A DNA stretch of 64,000 bases, taken from Paramoeba atlantica (lineage: Eukaryota; Protista; Discosea). This document shows, in pieces, positions 9,011 to 19,006 of this stretch. The first letter of the stretch is position 1. The number at the start of each line of letters is the position of its first letter. The position numbers were made by a program, and so were the translations under genes. The stretch is taken from NCBI GenBank assembly GCA_977017575.1, contig CDRNVI010000030.1:992001-1056000 (forward strand), given 5' to 3'. The notes beneath the pieces are model-generated. The model ran no database searches and had not been told where the DNA came from. It saw only the letters and a list, made by a program, of their open reading frames with translations.

Positions 9011-11056
9011 CTAAAACAGTCCTTTAGAAAGTTCGTGTGTATCATTCTCCACAGAATCTACATCTGAAATCGCATCAAGACACTCCAAGATGTCACGAAG
9101 CTCTTCCTCCCTCTCCGAAAGATCGGTGGATTTGACGCCTTTGTCGAACGAAGCTATTTCTTTTGAAGAATCTTTTTCTATTGTGTTATCCATTAGAGAA
9201 GCACGTTCCTCATAAGCGAGTAGCTCCTTTGGAATGTAATCTTTACTAATACTGGCAGATACTTGGCTCATCTCCAAAAGGCTTGAGGTTTCTAAATGAA
9301 GGCTCACAAAATTAACTCGTTCAACGTGTCCCCCATCATACTTATCAATTTCAACTACAACTCGTTGACCTACAGGCAAAATACTTGACAAGTTCTGTAC
9401 CTGTGGGAATACTTCTCGTACCGATGCTATGGACATTCTAGCCGGTGCAGCTATTTTGTATCCTGTTCCCACGTAAACAAGCAAGTCCCGATAGAGATGC
9501 AGTGTTCCGATAATAATTCCGACAACGATTTCGCCTTTAGTTAGTACGCGCGAAAGTGGAAGAATCATTGCTCGCTCTCGTTGAAGAAGAGATTGTTGAA
9601 CCTCCTGGGACATCGAAGCAAAGTACTTATCATCCTCAAAGTGCGCGAGAATTCTTACAGAAAGGATACTACCAATTGGATGGAGTGACCTCCAATGCGG
9701 AGAAATATGGCGCGCCCCATGCTTATTTGCTGAACGATGGTCATCATCGTCATAGTATTCAGTTTCTTCCGAACATGATACAATATCTTTTCTATGTACT
9801 CGTATTCGAGCAGAAAGATCTGATTCCGACCCGTGTTCGCCCTGCAGTGGTACGAGTTCCATGTCATGCACCCCGTAGGACTCAACGCGAGCAGATACAG
9901 TTTCATTCAACTGGTACCTCGAATGGAGCGGCTTACGTACCGCATCCTTTTCTTGGTCCATTTTCCGCATTCTTTTCATTCCTCCTGAACGTTCGCTTCT
10001 AGAACTTTCCGTACTTACTGGAACCAAGGCGTGTGAAACTGTCATGTACTCTTTGTACTTTGTTTCTGTAACAATTTTTCCAGAAAGTTCGGGCTCTACA
10101 GCAGTGATTTCTATAAAAACGATTTCATTATGGGATTGTTTGACAGGCCGTTTATAGTTCTTAGAGAACGGATTTTTCAAGTCGTGTTTTATCCGTACAC
10201 ATTCAACACGTAAGGAATCCAACGGGTATGATACCTCCGATAAATTCTCTGCCTTTCTGTGGAGACCGATATCTATTAAGCGAGGTAGCGTTGATGTTCG
10301 TTGCTGTTCGCGTAGAAGGTGTTGTTGATATAGTTCAGGGCTAGCTTCATAACCCCGAGTAATTAGTCCAACATGTAAGTCGGATTCGCGTAAAAGTGAA
10401 AGTGTCCAATCGCATCGGGCGCTAAAATCTACATAATTATCGATGAACATCATTCCAACAGGATCTTTGTAGGATGCTAACTGGTGATCCGAAAATGAAA
10501 TTGCCCAATTCCGCTGAAATGCTTGAAGAAGAGCGGAGGCTTTTGCTATTGATTTTGTCCGAATGTGCCCAAAATAAACCGAATTATCTGGAGTTCCCAA
10601 GACCGGGCGAATGATTTCGCGAAGTTGATTGTTGTGTGTGCCTTGAAAGCTGTCGTGTACAACGTGGACACTGATGGATTCACCCGACTTCAAGTCCTTA
10701 TCTAGAGTCCTAATTTTTTTCCTCAACTCAGAAACCTGAAGTGGAAGATATTTGCCCCATATGAGCAAACCCTCAGAACAGAGATCCTCATGCGGGGGAG
10801 AATACTGTACAGTGGCTTGCTGCGGAGAAAAAGATTCACCGCTCTTCTGGTGTTCCTCAACTAAATCAGCGATAAAACGTTTGGCGCTTGTGGTTCTTTG
10901 GAATTGAATGAGAATGCTATTCTTTCCCTCACTTGAGAAAATCTGAAGTGTTTCCACAACACCGTATGACGAGGCTGCAGCAAAAAACCGCGAACGCTGT
11001 TCATGCGCTTTAGGATGAAGAAATCCTGTTAATATAACTCGCCTTGTGGTTGACAT
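9011..11056 (-). CDS. RNA-binding protein with N-terminal RRM-like domain(s) and about three C-terminal S1-like domains
   Basis: RVILTGFL...YGVVE....LIQF is RRM-like. YQLNETVSARVES, HPIGSILSVRIL, LTKGEIVVGII and LPVGQRVVVEI are S1 start motifs. Confidence 0.55.
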   Translation of the reverse strand: MSTTRRVILTGFLHPKAHEQRSRFFAAASSYGVVETLQIFSSEGKNSILIQFQRTTSAKRFIADLVEEHQKSGESFSPQQATVQYSPPHEDLCSEGLLIWGKYLPLQVSELRKKIRTLDKDLKSGESISVHVVHDSFQGTHNNQLREIIRPVLGTPDNSVYFGHIRTKSIAKASALLQAFQRNWAISFSDHQLASYKDPVGMMFIDNYVDFSARCDWTLSLLRESDLHVGLITRGYEASPELYQQHLLREQQRTSTLPRLIDIGLHRKAENLSEVSYPLDSLRVECVRIKHDLKNPFSKNYKRPVKQSHNEIVFIEITAVEPELSGKIVTETKYKEYMTVSHALVPVSTESSRSERSGGMKRMRKMDQEKDAVRKPLHSRYQLNETVSARVESYGVHDMELVPLQGEHGSESDLSARIRVHRKDIVSCSEETEYYDDDDHRSANKHGARHISPHWRSLHPIGSILSVRILAHFEDDKYFASMSQEVQQSLLQRERAMILPLSRVLTKGEIVVGIIIGTLHLYRDLLVYVGTGYKIAAPARMSIASVREVFPQVQNLSSILPVGQRVVVEIDKYDGGHVERVNFVSLHLETSSLLEMSQVSASISKDYIPKELLAYEERASLMDNTIEKDSSKEIASFDKGVKSTDLSEREEELRDILECLDAISDVDSVENDTHELSKGLF

Positions 11057-11333
11057 GGTGAAGGGTATTTCATCATTCAAGAAAACACTAGGAGACAGAT
11101 GAAAAGGATGACTTCAGAGGAACGCTATGCAGCGCTTGAAGAATATTTTTATACAATAGAGTCATCAAAAATGTCTTGTACCAAGAGAGTATCACAATGG
11201 ACGACTCATTGCCGTATACTTTTTAATTCATACTATTTTGTTTACGTACAAATCTGGATCATGCAACGAGTAGCATTTATGTATCATTCTACATTCGGAT
11301 TAAGAATACCATCTTATGTCCAAATTTTACTGA

Positions 11334-11933
11334 CTAGAACTCAACTAATCCTCTCTCTGATTGCATGTTCGTCCCTGTAGTTGAATCGTCGTTCATGCGT
11401 TCAAAAGGGAGTGAAAACATAGACCGTATCGTTGGCAAGTCGACATTCTCCCAAAGTCGAGCTTTTAGTCTTTCTGCCCATGCTGTGTCTGTGGGATCAC
11501 CACTAACCACAATATGAGAAACGTCCCGTTCTTGAGAAAGACGGTCTACAATTTCCATCATGGCTCCTGCGGGGGCCAAAATGGTGATCGGCACACTTGG
11601 AGGCAACTGCTCGTTGTACTGCCCAATTTCATATGTCATGCCAACAAGATGAGCATCTCCACGGCGAGATGGCGTTGAGTCAATTTCTATATTTTGTCTT
11701 TGTAGCAATGCATAGTAACTTGGCCGACCAGCGACGACCCGGTGTAACAAAGTGTCATTGTTCGTAAACATGGAGACGAAGCAGTTGGGGGGAATAAGGG
11801 GTTTAGGGCTGTGAATGCGCTCATCCGCAACGCTAAAGAAGTTCCGAAGTGCATCAAGGTCCACAGCAAGAATTTGACCAAAATTGTCGCGTTCAAGAGT
11901 GAGGGTGGATCGACCGTGCTCCGAATTGTCCAT
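11334..11933 (-). CDS. Degenerate PIN/NYN-like (ZNF451 C-terminal type) domain protein
   Basis: AVDLDALRNFF...RRGDAHLVGMTYEIGQYNEQLPPSVPITIL parallels the IDLDN...FF...KDAADFAI...G.LDEQLP..IPFTILSGD pattern of the ZNF451 PIN-like domain (from memory). Confidence 0.5.
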   Translation of the reverse strand: MDNSEHGRSTLTLERDNFGQILAVDLDALRNFFSVADERIHSPKPLIPPNCFVSMFTNNDTLLHRVVAGRPSYYALLQRQNIEIDSTPSRRGDAHLVGMTYEIGQYNEQLPPSVPITILAPAGAMMEIVDRLSQERDVSHIVVSGDPTDTAWAERLKARLWENVDLPTIRSMFSLPFERMNDDSTTGTNMQSERGLVEF

Positions 11934-12192
11934 ATTGTATTTATACTATTTATGCTTGTTTGGATAAACGTGAAAGTTTTGTTTCGTGAAAGTATTTTGA
12001 AAACAATACAAACGTTAGTAAAAGTAATGAATTGCATTCTGTACGCCCTGAAAATAAGAAGGGAATTTTTACTCCTACACGACACGAGACATGTAAAATG
12101 AGTGATGTAAAATATCCCTCCGAATAGCGAAAAAAATAACTGCGTTCGTGCACCTACCACTACTCATTAACATACATGTATGTACCGATCAA

Positions 12193-12978
12193 CTACTCTA
12201 CCACCATGTCTTCATCTGACACAGAAGACACTTTGGCAAGCAATAATGTTTTCATGTTTTCAGCACTTTGCATATCCCAAGGAAACACGTTGAGTTCCTT
12301 CGCCTTACTCACAATGCTGTCTACAACATTTATGTGTAACATTCGACCGGCTCGCTGAAGCAGAGTAATGGCATTGTGTGTCCGAGCCAGCTCAATACGA
12401 GTGTCTGGACCTCCTCGACTGCTTAGCCAAATAAACCCGTTGACCCCGACCACAAGTCGAATCTCAGGAGCACAACTTAAAGAATGGAAATGCTTTCGGG
12501 TACGAGGAATCAGCTGTGGGCGTACGGTAAGCAAGAACCCGTCACTCATGCGTCCATACTTCTCCCCACTGCGCGTGTGCAACGAGATTGTGCCGTCGGG
12601 GAGCACACGCTGTACCTCGCACGCCACCACATCTCCCTCTGCAAAGATGTTCCGCATCTGCAACTCATCCTCTCGGCCCCGACGACGGAGCACCCCGCCG
12701 GGTTCCGTGACATTGGAGAGCAGCATGAACGCGTCCTGGTGTGACCCGACGTGGACTTTCCACCGGGTACCACTAATTTCCTTCACACGTCCCACAATCA
12801 CATCTCCGGTCTCCCCAAGATACCGGGATGAGGGAGCGCGTACCGAGACAACGCGATCGATGGCCTCCACGGTGCCACAAACGCAAGAGAGTATCCGCTC
12901 CCCTGAGGTGTAGGTGTTGTACCCGCGAAGGCTTTCGGAGGTGTTCCCAACCTCATCTCCTGTAATGGCAATATTCAT
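12193..12978 (-). CDS. RRP4: Exosome complex component RRP4
   Basis: RYLGETGDVIVGRV, WKVHVG, LLSNVTEPGGVLRRR...DELQMR..F.EGDVVACEVQ, SLHTRS.EKYG and GVNGFIW. Confidence 0.96.
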   Translation of the reverse strand: MNIAITGDEVGNTSESLRGYNTYTSGERILSCVCGTVEAIDRVVSVRAPSSRYLGETGDVIVGRVKEISGTRWKVHVGSHQDAFMLLSNVTEPGGVLRRRGREDELQMRNIFAEGDVVACEVQRVLPDGTISLHTRSGEKYGRMSDGFLLTVRPQLIPRTRKHFHSLSCAPEIRLVVGVNGFIWLSSRGGPDTRIELARTHNAITLLQRAGRMLHINVVDSIVSKAKELNVFPWDMQSAENMKTLLLAKVSSVSDEDMVVE

Positions 12979-13279
12979 GCGCCGAAAACACAAAGAAACC
13001 CAATACTTTCCTAGAAAGAAAAGTATGACTATGAATTTATAGAGTGGCATGAGGTTTGATCAACGTACACGATTTTGAGGAAATTATTTTTCCTCATTGA
13101 AAAATGGATTAAAAAACTTCGTCCACAATTCGAAATACCTAGCCTGAAATATCCCTGTGTAGCAAATGGGAGAGTACTATAGCAGAATCGTAACATTAAA
13201 ATTTTTAACAAAAAAAAGAAATCTATAGCAGAAATATTTACAAGCACGTACAAGAAATGATAAAGTACAAGGAAATTTT

Positions 13280-13951
13280 CTAGGATTTTTCTTCAAAAAA
13301 GTCGGTTTCATAAAGCGCACCTCTTGCAGTCCTAAAGGTGACGTTATTGTGTGACACTTCAACGCTTGCCTCAGAGGAAAGTTTTTCTTTCTTATTTCTG
13401 CTCCATCCTATGGATACCACCTTTACCAGTCGCAATTTTCCAGATCTCTGAGTATAGTATTCTGATCCAATTTTTACTCTATACGCTGTCTTAAGATAAA
13501 GATGTCTTTCGGTTCCTTCTTCTCGTACAGCTACAAACTCTGAATTCGCGTATTTCTCGGATATTTTTCCACGAGAAGATTTGATGTTGATTTCAGATAC
13601 ATTTCTTGCAGTGCTGCGCTGTGAAGCGATATCACCGTGCCTTACTTCGCTACCTTTCTCCATATTTCTCTTGTTATTCCGATTTCCGACTTTTGTATTA
13701 TTTATTGATTTCTTTGGAGCGTTTAAAATTGTATCCTTACTGGGTGACTGTCTTGGAGTCTTTGTTGAACTCTTCGTAGTGCCTAAAGTCGTCTCCTTAT
13801 TGGGCAACCCTGCTGAGTGCGTGCAAACTTTTTGCATAGCAGGCAAAGCCAATATTTCATAACACAAAGTCATAATTTTTCTTCGTCCAATTTCTTGATT
13901 GTCCGCCGCCGACTGGAAATAACCTCGAAGCTTCTCTACTTTGACTGGCAT
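13280..13951 (-). CDS. Hypothetical Lys/Ser-rich protein
   Basis: 223-codon ORF in cluster orientation. No recognisable domain. Confidence 0.6.
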   Translation of the reverse strand: MPVKVEKLRGYFQSAADNQEIGRRKIMTLCYEILALPAMQKVCTHSAGLPNKETTLGTTKSSTKTPRQSPSKDTILNAPKKSINNTKVGNRNNKRNMEKGSEVRHGDIASQRSTARNVSEINIKSSRGKISEKYANSEFVAVREEGTERHLYLKTAYRVKIGSEYYTQRSGKLRLVKVVSIGWSRNKKEKLSSEASVEVSHNNVTFRTARGALYETDFFEEKS

Positions 13952-14199
13952 AGAAAAAATATGAAGTATCAATGTCAATTTTTGACCCAGAGAATAGTTT
14001 TAAGCACAACGTTTAGGAACAGATTTCGCGACCGTTCTATTTGCAGCCATCAGGGGAAAATGCTACTGTCCCCTCCCTTACACGCAACCGTTTGACCCTA
14101 CGACTTATCGTAGCTACAATAATAATTATTGTAATAATATTTATTAATAATAATTATTATTAAAAAAAGCAAATTATTAGTATTATCAATAGTTCAGTA

Positions 14200-14520
14200 T
14201 GCATTTACGCGAGGGGCTGCGAGTGACACATGGGGAGCCCCTCGCATGTAGACATATGGTCGGCGTCATTTGCAGCAGTATGATGGCAGCACCAGGGAAG
14301 ACTGCGAGATCCAGAAAGCTCATTTTCGTTGCAACACATCATACAAATACAGAGTTTGATATTTCCCGGCCCTCGATATCAGCACTCCACAAGGAGTTGT
14401 TGTTGGTACAGCACATTTACCTGCGTCAGGCGCAGGCTCCTACTTCCCGCGTAGGTTGAGGTGCATATAGTGATGCTCGAAGCATTAGCATCGACTCCAT
14501 AAGGAGATCCCCATCAATGC
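14200..14520. other. Hairpin-dense GC-rich cassette between AAT-rich tracts (candidate structured RNA or TE part)
   Basis: Stems at 14209-18/14236-45 (10 bp), 14384-97, 14420-36, 14439-55, 14473-85 and 14494-506. Confidence 0.4.
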
Positions 14521-15353
14521 TCCTTTTCGGCATGAAAATATTGTTTGATACAAAATTAAGGGGGAGAAATCTGAGTATAAAAGCCCAATAATAATTTATT
14601 AATAATCTATTAATAGTAATTGCGGTGGTTGTTTAACTACCGCTCTACCCCCGATTATTGAAAAAAAGTGAACAAAAACAGTGAAAATTTAAAGAGAAGC
14701 ACAGCAATATAATAGAAGAAAAAAATATAAAAGTGGGCTCCGGTGGTCCAAAATTGAAAAAATTGAAAAAAATGGGGGGTCTAGGGGGGGGGTCCAGTAG
14801 GGGTCATGGTCGAGCAATTTTTTTTGAAAAAATTATTTTTCAAAAAAAAAGCGCAGAAGGGGTAGCCGGGATCTTGGCGCGTATTTTCCACCCCCCTACC
14901 CGGGGGTGACCCCCCCGCGTATCCGCAGGACGGGTCCGCCAAGTTCGGATTTTTTCGGAAAAGATTTTTTTTTGAAAAAACAATCGAGTTGGCGAAAAAA
15001 ATGGCGAAAAAAATATTTTTTTCAAAATCCTTTGCCCTATTGTATTTTGATAGTTTAGGATCGATACTAGCCTTCCGCACCGTTGGTTTCGCAAGGTATC
15101 CCTTCTTGTAGCCGTGGTATGCTTCCCAAAATGACCCATTTTTGACTAAAAAATGCGAAAAAGTAAGTTTCGGACCCAAAGGGGGCCTTTTTGTGTCGAA
15201 AGAGTGGTATGGTTGGAGTCGCATTCTCTACAGAATACGTTCCGTACCCTTGAACGCATGCCTACGTGTGATTTCCCACACGCAAAAGTCGAATTTAGTG
15301 CTCGGAGAGCAAAAATACCCAAAAATCACCCCGTTTTCACCTAAAAATCGGCT

Positions 15354-15550
15354 ATTTTGGCTCAAATCCTTCCTTTTTCTCCAGCTTTCCTGGCTAATTT
15401 TTTTAGTCTCTTCGTTAAACGCGGTGGTAGTTTTCAACGCGAAGCGCGCAGCATGAGTGACTTCTAAGTTTAACAACCACCGCGTTTAACGAAGAGTCTA
15501 AAAAAATTGGCCAGGAAAGCTGGAGAAAAAGGAAGGATTTGAGCCAAAAT
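15354..15550. repeat. Foldback element: 79-bp inverted arms around a 39-bp spacer
   Basis: 15354-15432 versus 15472-15550 are reverse complements with about 3 mismatches. No TSD found. Confidence 0.9.
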
Positions 15551-15732
15551 TATTACCGAACTAATTATTAATAATCCTGCAGCACTTATGCGCAACGCAA
15601 CGTTTGACGCAGTGCAAGAAAATGAAACGGGGCGATTTTTTTTTGATTTTGTAAAAAATCAATTTCCCACTTAAGATTTTCTTGACTCGGCTACTTATGC
15701 GTAATATTAAGCCAAAACCGGGTTGCGTTTAA

Positions 15733-17325
15733 CATACCTTCCGCGTGTATGTGTGTACGTACACGTGTAAGTTAGCCACTTACACACTTTTTTGGTAACC
15801 CGTTTCGTAACAGGTGTACAGCAAAAAAATAATTATATGTACTTACCAAACGAAACTAGTCAAATTTAATATAGTGTTTCATATGATTACATTCTTTCCT
15901 GACTTTCATTTCTCTTTTTGCTTTATGGGAAAGCGATCTCGCGTAAGCAGACGCGGACACACACAGACGAATTCACAGCCAACGGAGGAGAATGAGTCTC
16001 CTGAACATTTCAAGCTTGAACAATGTTGTGGATCTCCTGACAGCTCCAGCAATGAAAAATGCAAGGCCTATGCTCAGCGCAATACTGATGAGGTCCTCAG
16101 GAATAGTTTCGGGAACAGAGCACACTTTCAATGTAAACATTGTTCGTTCTTCTCGCATTCCCCCCCCAACAATGTATATTACAAACATCGCGTCGAATGT
16201 AAAGGGCCTGAAGAATCGATAAATTAAGAAAATATTGATTCTGTGAGCGTCTTTACTAGAAAGGTTTTACCGTGTTTGCTATCCTCCACCAATTTGTATT
16301 ACTGAGATTGCTTGGAATGCTTTTGTTACCGCCGCTAATTATCACATAAGCCCCGTCAAGCACACGAACGAGCACGTGTGGTGGGAGGACATCGGGCGAA
16401 CAATGTTTCCGGAAGTGTATCGGGCAGCGAAACATTGGATTTGGCTTCCTTCTGTAGTAACGCAATGCGATTCGTGGCTTTCAGTGTTAAGTAACAAGTA
16501 CAGTAGTCGACAAGCCATTATTGGAACATGTACAGTCGGAAATCAAATGTTTTTACGAGGAAACATGTCATATTTACCTTATTTGGATAAGTCGATAAAA
16601 CCTATTGAGCAGTGCAATACGCAAAAGGGAGAAACCAGTAGCTACTATACTGAAGATAACACGTGCACATCTGAGAGTTCGCATTCTGAAGTTGAAACCG
16701 ATAATATTATTGATTCGTAACTTTAAATGGTTCTACAATGCGTCGTATATTTCATTGTATGTTTTGAAAATTAAAATTTCAAGATAATATATTTCAAGAT
16801 AAGATAGGGCGGGGGGGAGGATAGGCTTCCGGTGGGCCTAGGGGGTGTACACCAAAAAACATATTCGTTATATTTGTATGTAATGTTTTGAATTTAAGCA
16901 TTTTTATATCCTCAGATGCTAATTACGATAAAGTATACTTTTGTTTTCTCATTTTACGTGGGTTTTTCCGTCCGTTCTTCTGTTTTTCCCATTGTAAAAA
17001 ATGGGAAATTATTTACATATTTTATAAACCTATACTACCCCTGTGTATACAGGGGGATAAGAGTAGGAAAACTACTCAAACGAAAAAAGATAAAGATATT
17101 GTTTCTGTAAAGCTGCCTTCTCCGAAAGCTCTCGGACTTACCTGGCACTACCATCTCATTGACGGTACGCGCGCCGACCAAAAACGTCATTGGTTCAAAA
17201 AACCAAAAGGTGGACAAAGAATATTTGATACTCTCTGTAAAGTGTGTAAGTGGCTAACTTACACGCGTGTAAGATCCCACTTACACGCTCATTGTGTAAG
17301 TGGCTAATTTAGCCCGGAAGGTATG
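15733..17325 (+). mobile_element. Internally deleted hAT-like DNA transposon (11-bp TIR CATACCTTCCG, 6-bp TSD GTTTAA)
   Basis: Perfect TIRs at 15733-43 and 17315-25. GTTTAA at 15727-32 and 17326-31. Subterminal inverted GTGTAAGTGGCTAACTTACAC blocks at both ends. BED and hATC fragments inside. Confidence 0.85.
15925..16720 (+). pseudogene. hAT transposase remnant: BED zinc finger joined to C-terminal dimerisation domain, catalytic core deleted
   Basis: FQCKHC...KHRVEC (BED) then a stop. In another frame WWED...FPEVYRAAKHWIWLP..TQCDSWLS...MFLRGN (hATC-like). Confidence 0.75.
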
Positions 17326-17663
17326 GTTTAAGTGGGGGGCAATATGTAGAAACTTTACATCCACTATTGCACCCTCAACTCAAAAAACTTTTGAAAAAAA
17401 GTTTTTTCCTGGAATGTGTACATGTAGATTGAAACAAAGGAAGTACACAGGCGCAAATTTAATGTATGTTGCATTATTTTCGCATGGGGGTATAAGAGAC
17501 GAAATCCCTTGCCCAGGAGTAAAATGCTAAGGAAGGAATCAAATGTGGAGAAATGACCCAGTTGCAACCCGTTGTCTTCGTATCTCACACCGATGAGACC
17601 AAGAATTTGGAGTAAAACAGATGGAGGTCGTGCGTAACCTCGGTAGTGAACATATTTGCGAAT

Positions 17664-18689
17664 TTATGAATGTACTACGATCCATCGCGGTCTACCCGAA
17701 TAATCATTATGCACGTATACACTTTCGTGCTTATTGTCTCTGCATATAGTCTCTACGCTTTGTGCCTGAGTCCCAATTTCCACAACAAAATCCGGCATAC
17801 CTCGCGGTCTAAGTGGTTTTAACCAACGTCTACTTTGCGATGCAATTTCGCTGTAATAAAGTAAAGGATTGAGACTTCCATTTACACTTGTCTTTTTTGT
17901 TCCAACAAGACTCCGACAATCTTCATGCAATCTTACAACAGGTGGTAAGTCCTGATATTCTTCCGGTGTTATATACGGAGGATTAGACAAGATACAATCA
18001 AAGCTATGTAATGGAACATTGTTTATTTCCAGGGCTTGGAACATATCCCCTTGAAGAATGTTCGCATTTGCGGCGTTACAGGTTCGCATATTTTCATTGG
18101 CTAGCGAGATAGCTTCATTTGATTGTTCAACACACGTAACTTTCCAACTGGGTGACTTTTTTGCAAGGGATAGCCCAACACATCCCGAACCAGTGCAAAG
18201 ATCTAAAAGGCAAAGCGGTACCTCGTGCAGAGATCGTAAATGAGTTTCGTAGAACCATTCAACCCATTGCTCCGTTTCAGAACGTGGAATAAAAACTGGA
18301 GGGCGACAAATAATAGGAATCCCGAAAAAAGGTTGAGAGCCTAAAATATATTGTAGTGGTCTATGCTCCTCCACTCGTTGACAAACACATTCTCGTATCA
18401 ATCTGTGTGCTACCTTCTCCTTTTGACATGTAGGATAACGTTTAAAGACGTAGTCCTTAATCCAGTTGAATTCTTGATGGGCAAAGCGAAAACCTGGCGA
18501 GTCCTGTCCAGTTGCATTACCCCCACCGGAATAATGAGAATGGTAAATTGAATACACCATATCATCTTCCTCGTGTGAGGAAGTGATAATCGAATGCGCA
18601 ATATTTTCTTCCCCGTGTGATATTCTGGTAGAGCTATGTGGTACAGACCGAAATGCTGAAATCAATAGCATTTGAGTATTTTGACGCAT
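17664..18689 (-). CDS. HEMK1: HemK/PrmC family release-factor glutamine methyltransferase (mitochondrial type)
   Basis: PLQYILG, VFIPRSETE, LDLCTGSGC and ILSNPPYI. Confidence 0.93.
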   Translation of the reverse strand: MRQNTQMLLISAFRSVPHSSTRISHGEENIAHSIITSSHEEDDMVYSIYHSHYSGGGNATGQDSPGFRFAHQEFNWIKDYVFKRYPTCQKEKVAHRLIRECVCQRVEEHRPLQYILGSQPFFGIPIICRPPVFIPRSETEQWVEWFYETHLRSLHEVPLCLLDLCTGSGCVGLSLAKKSPSWKVTCVEQSNEAISLANENMRTCNAANANILQGDMFQALEINNVPLHSFDCILSNPPYITPEEYQDLPPVVRLHEDCRSLVGTKKTSVNGSLNPLLYYSEIASQSRRWLKPLRPRGMPDFVVEIGTQAQSVETICRDNKHESVYVHNDYSGRPRWIVVHS

Positions 18690-19006
18690 GTGCTGTATGT
18701 CAGACACACAATGTGTGAAATTTAGGCACACAAGATGGATTTTTTTAGCTATGAAGTATTTAACAATGTTCGGAAAATTTGTAATATTAGCATTGTAAAT
18801 AATAGCATTGTACAATGTTGTGTATTGTAAAGTTGTGTATTATTAAGAATATACTAGAGAAGCTGAGAGTGAATAATAATAAAGCTGGGGAAGCAATAAA
18901 AGCAATAAAAATACTCCATGAAGATACGACATAATCACATTGACATCCGTAAGTGGCAGTACCTCAAGGTGCTCCTTAATCACTCAAAAGGTTACGTACA
19001 TGTATA

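Noticed and set aside
16085-16110. CTGATGAG hammerhead-like core
   Set aside because: No stem II followed by GAAA. It lies inside the BED coding region.
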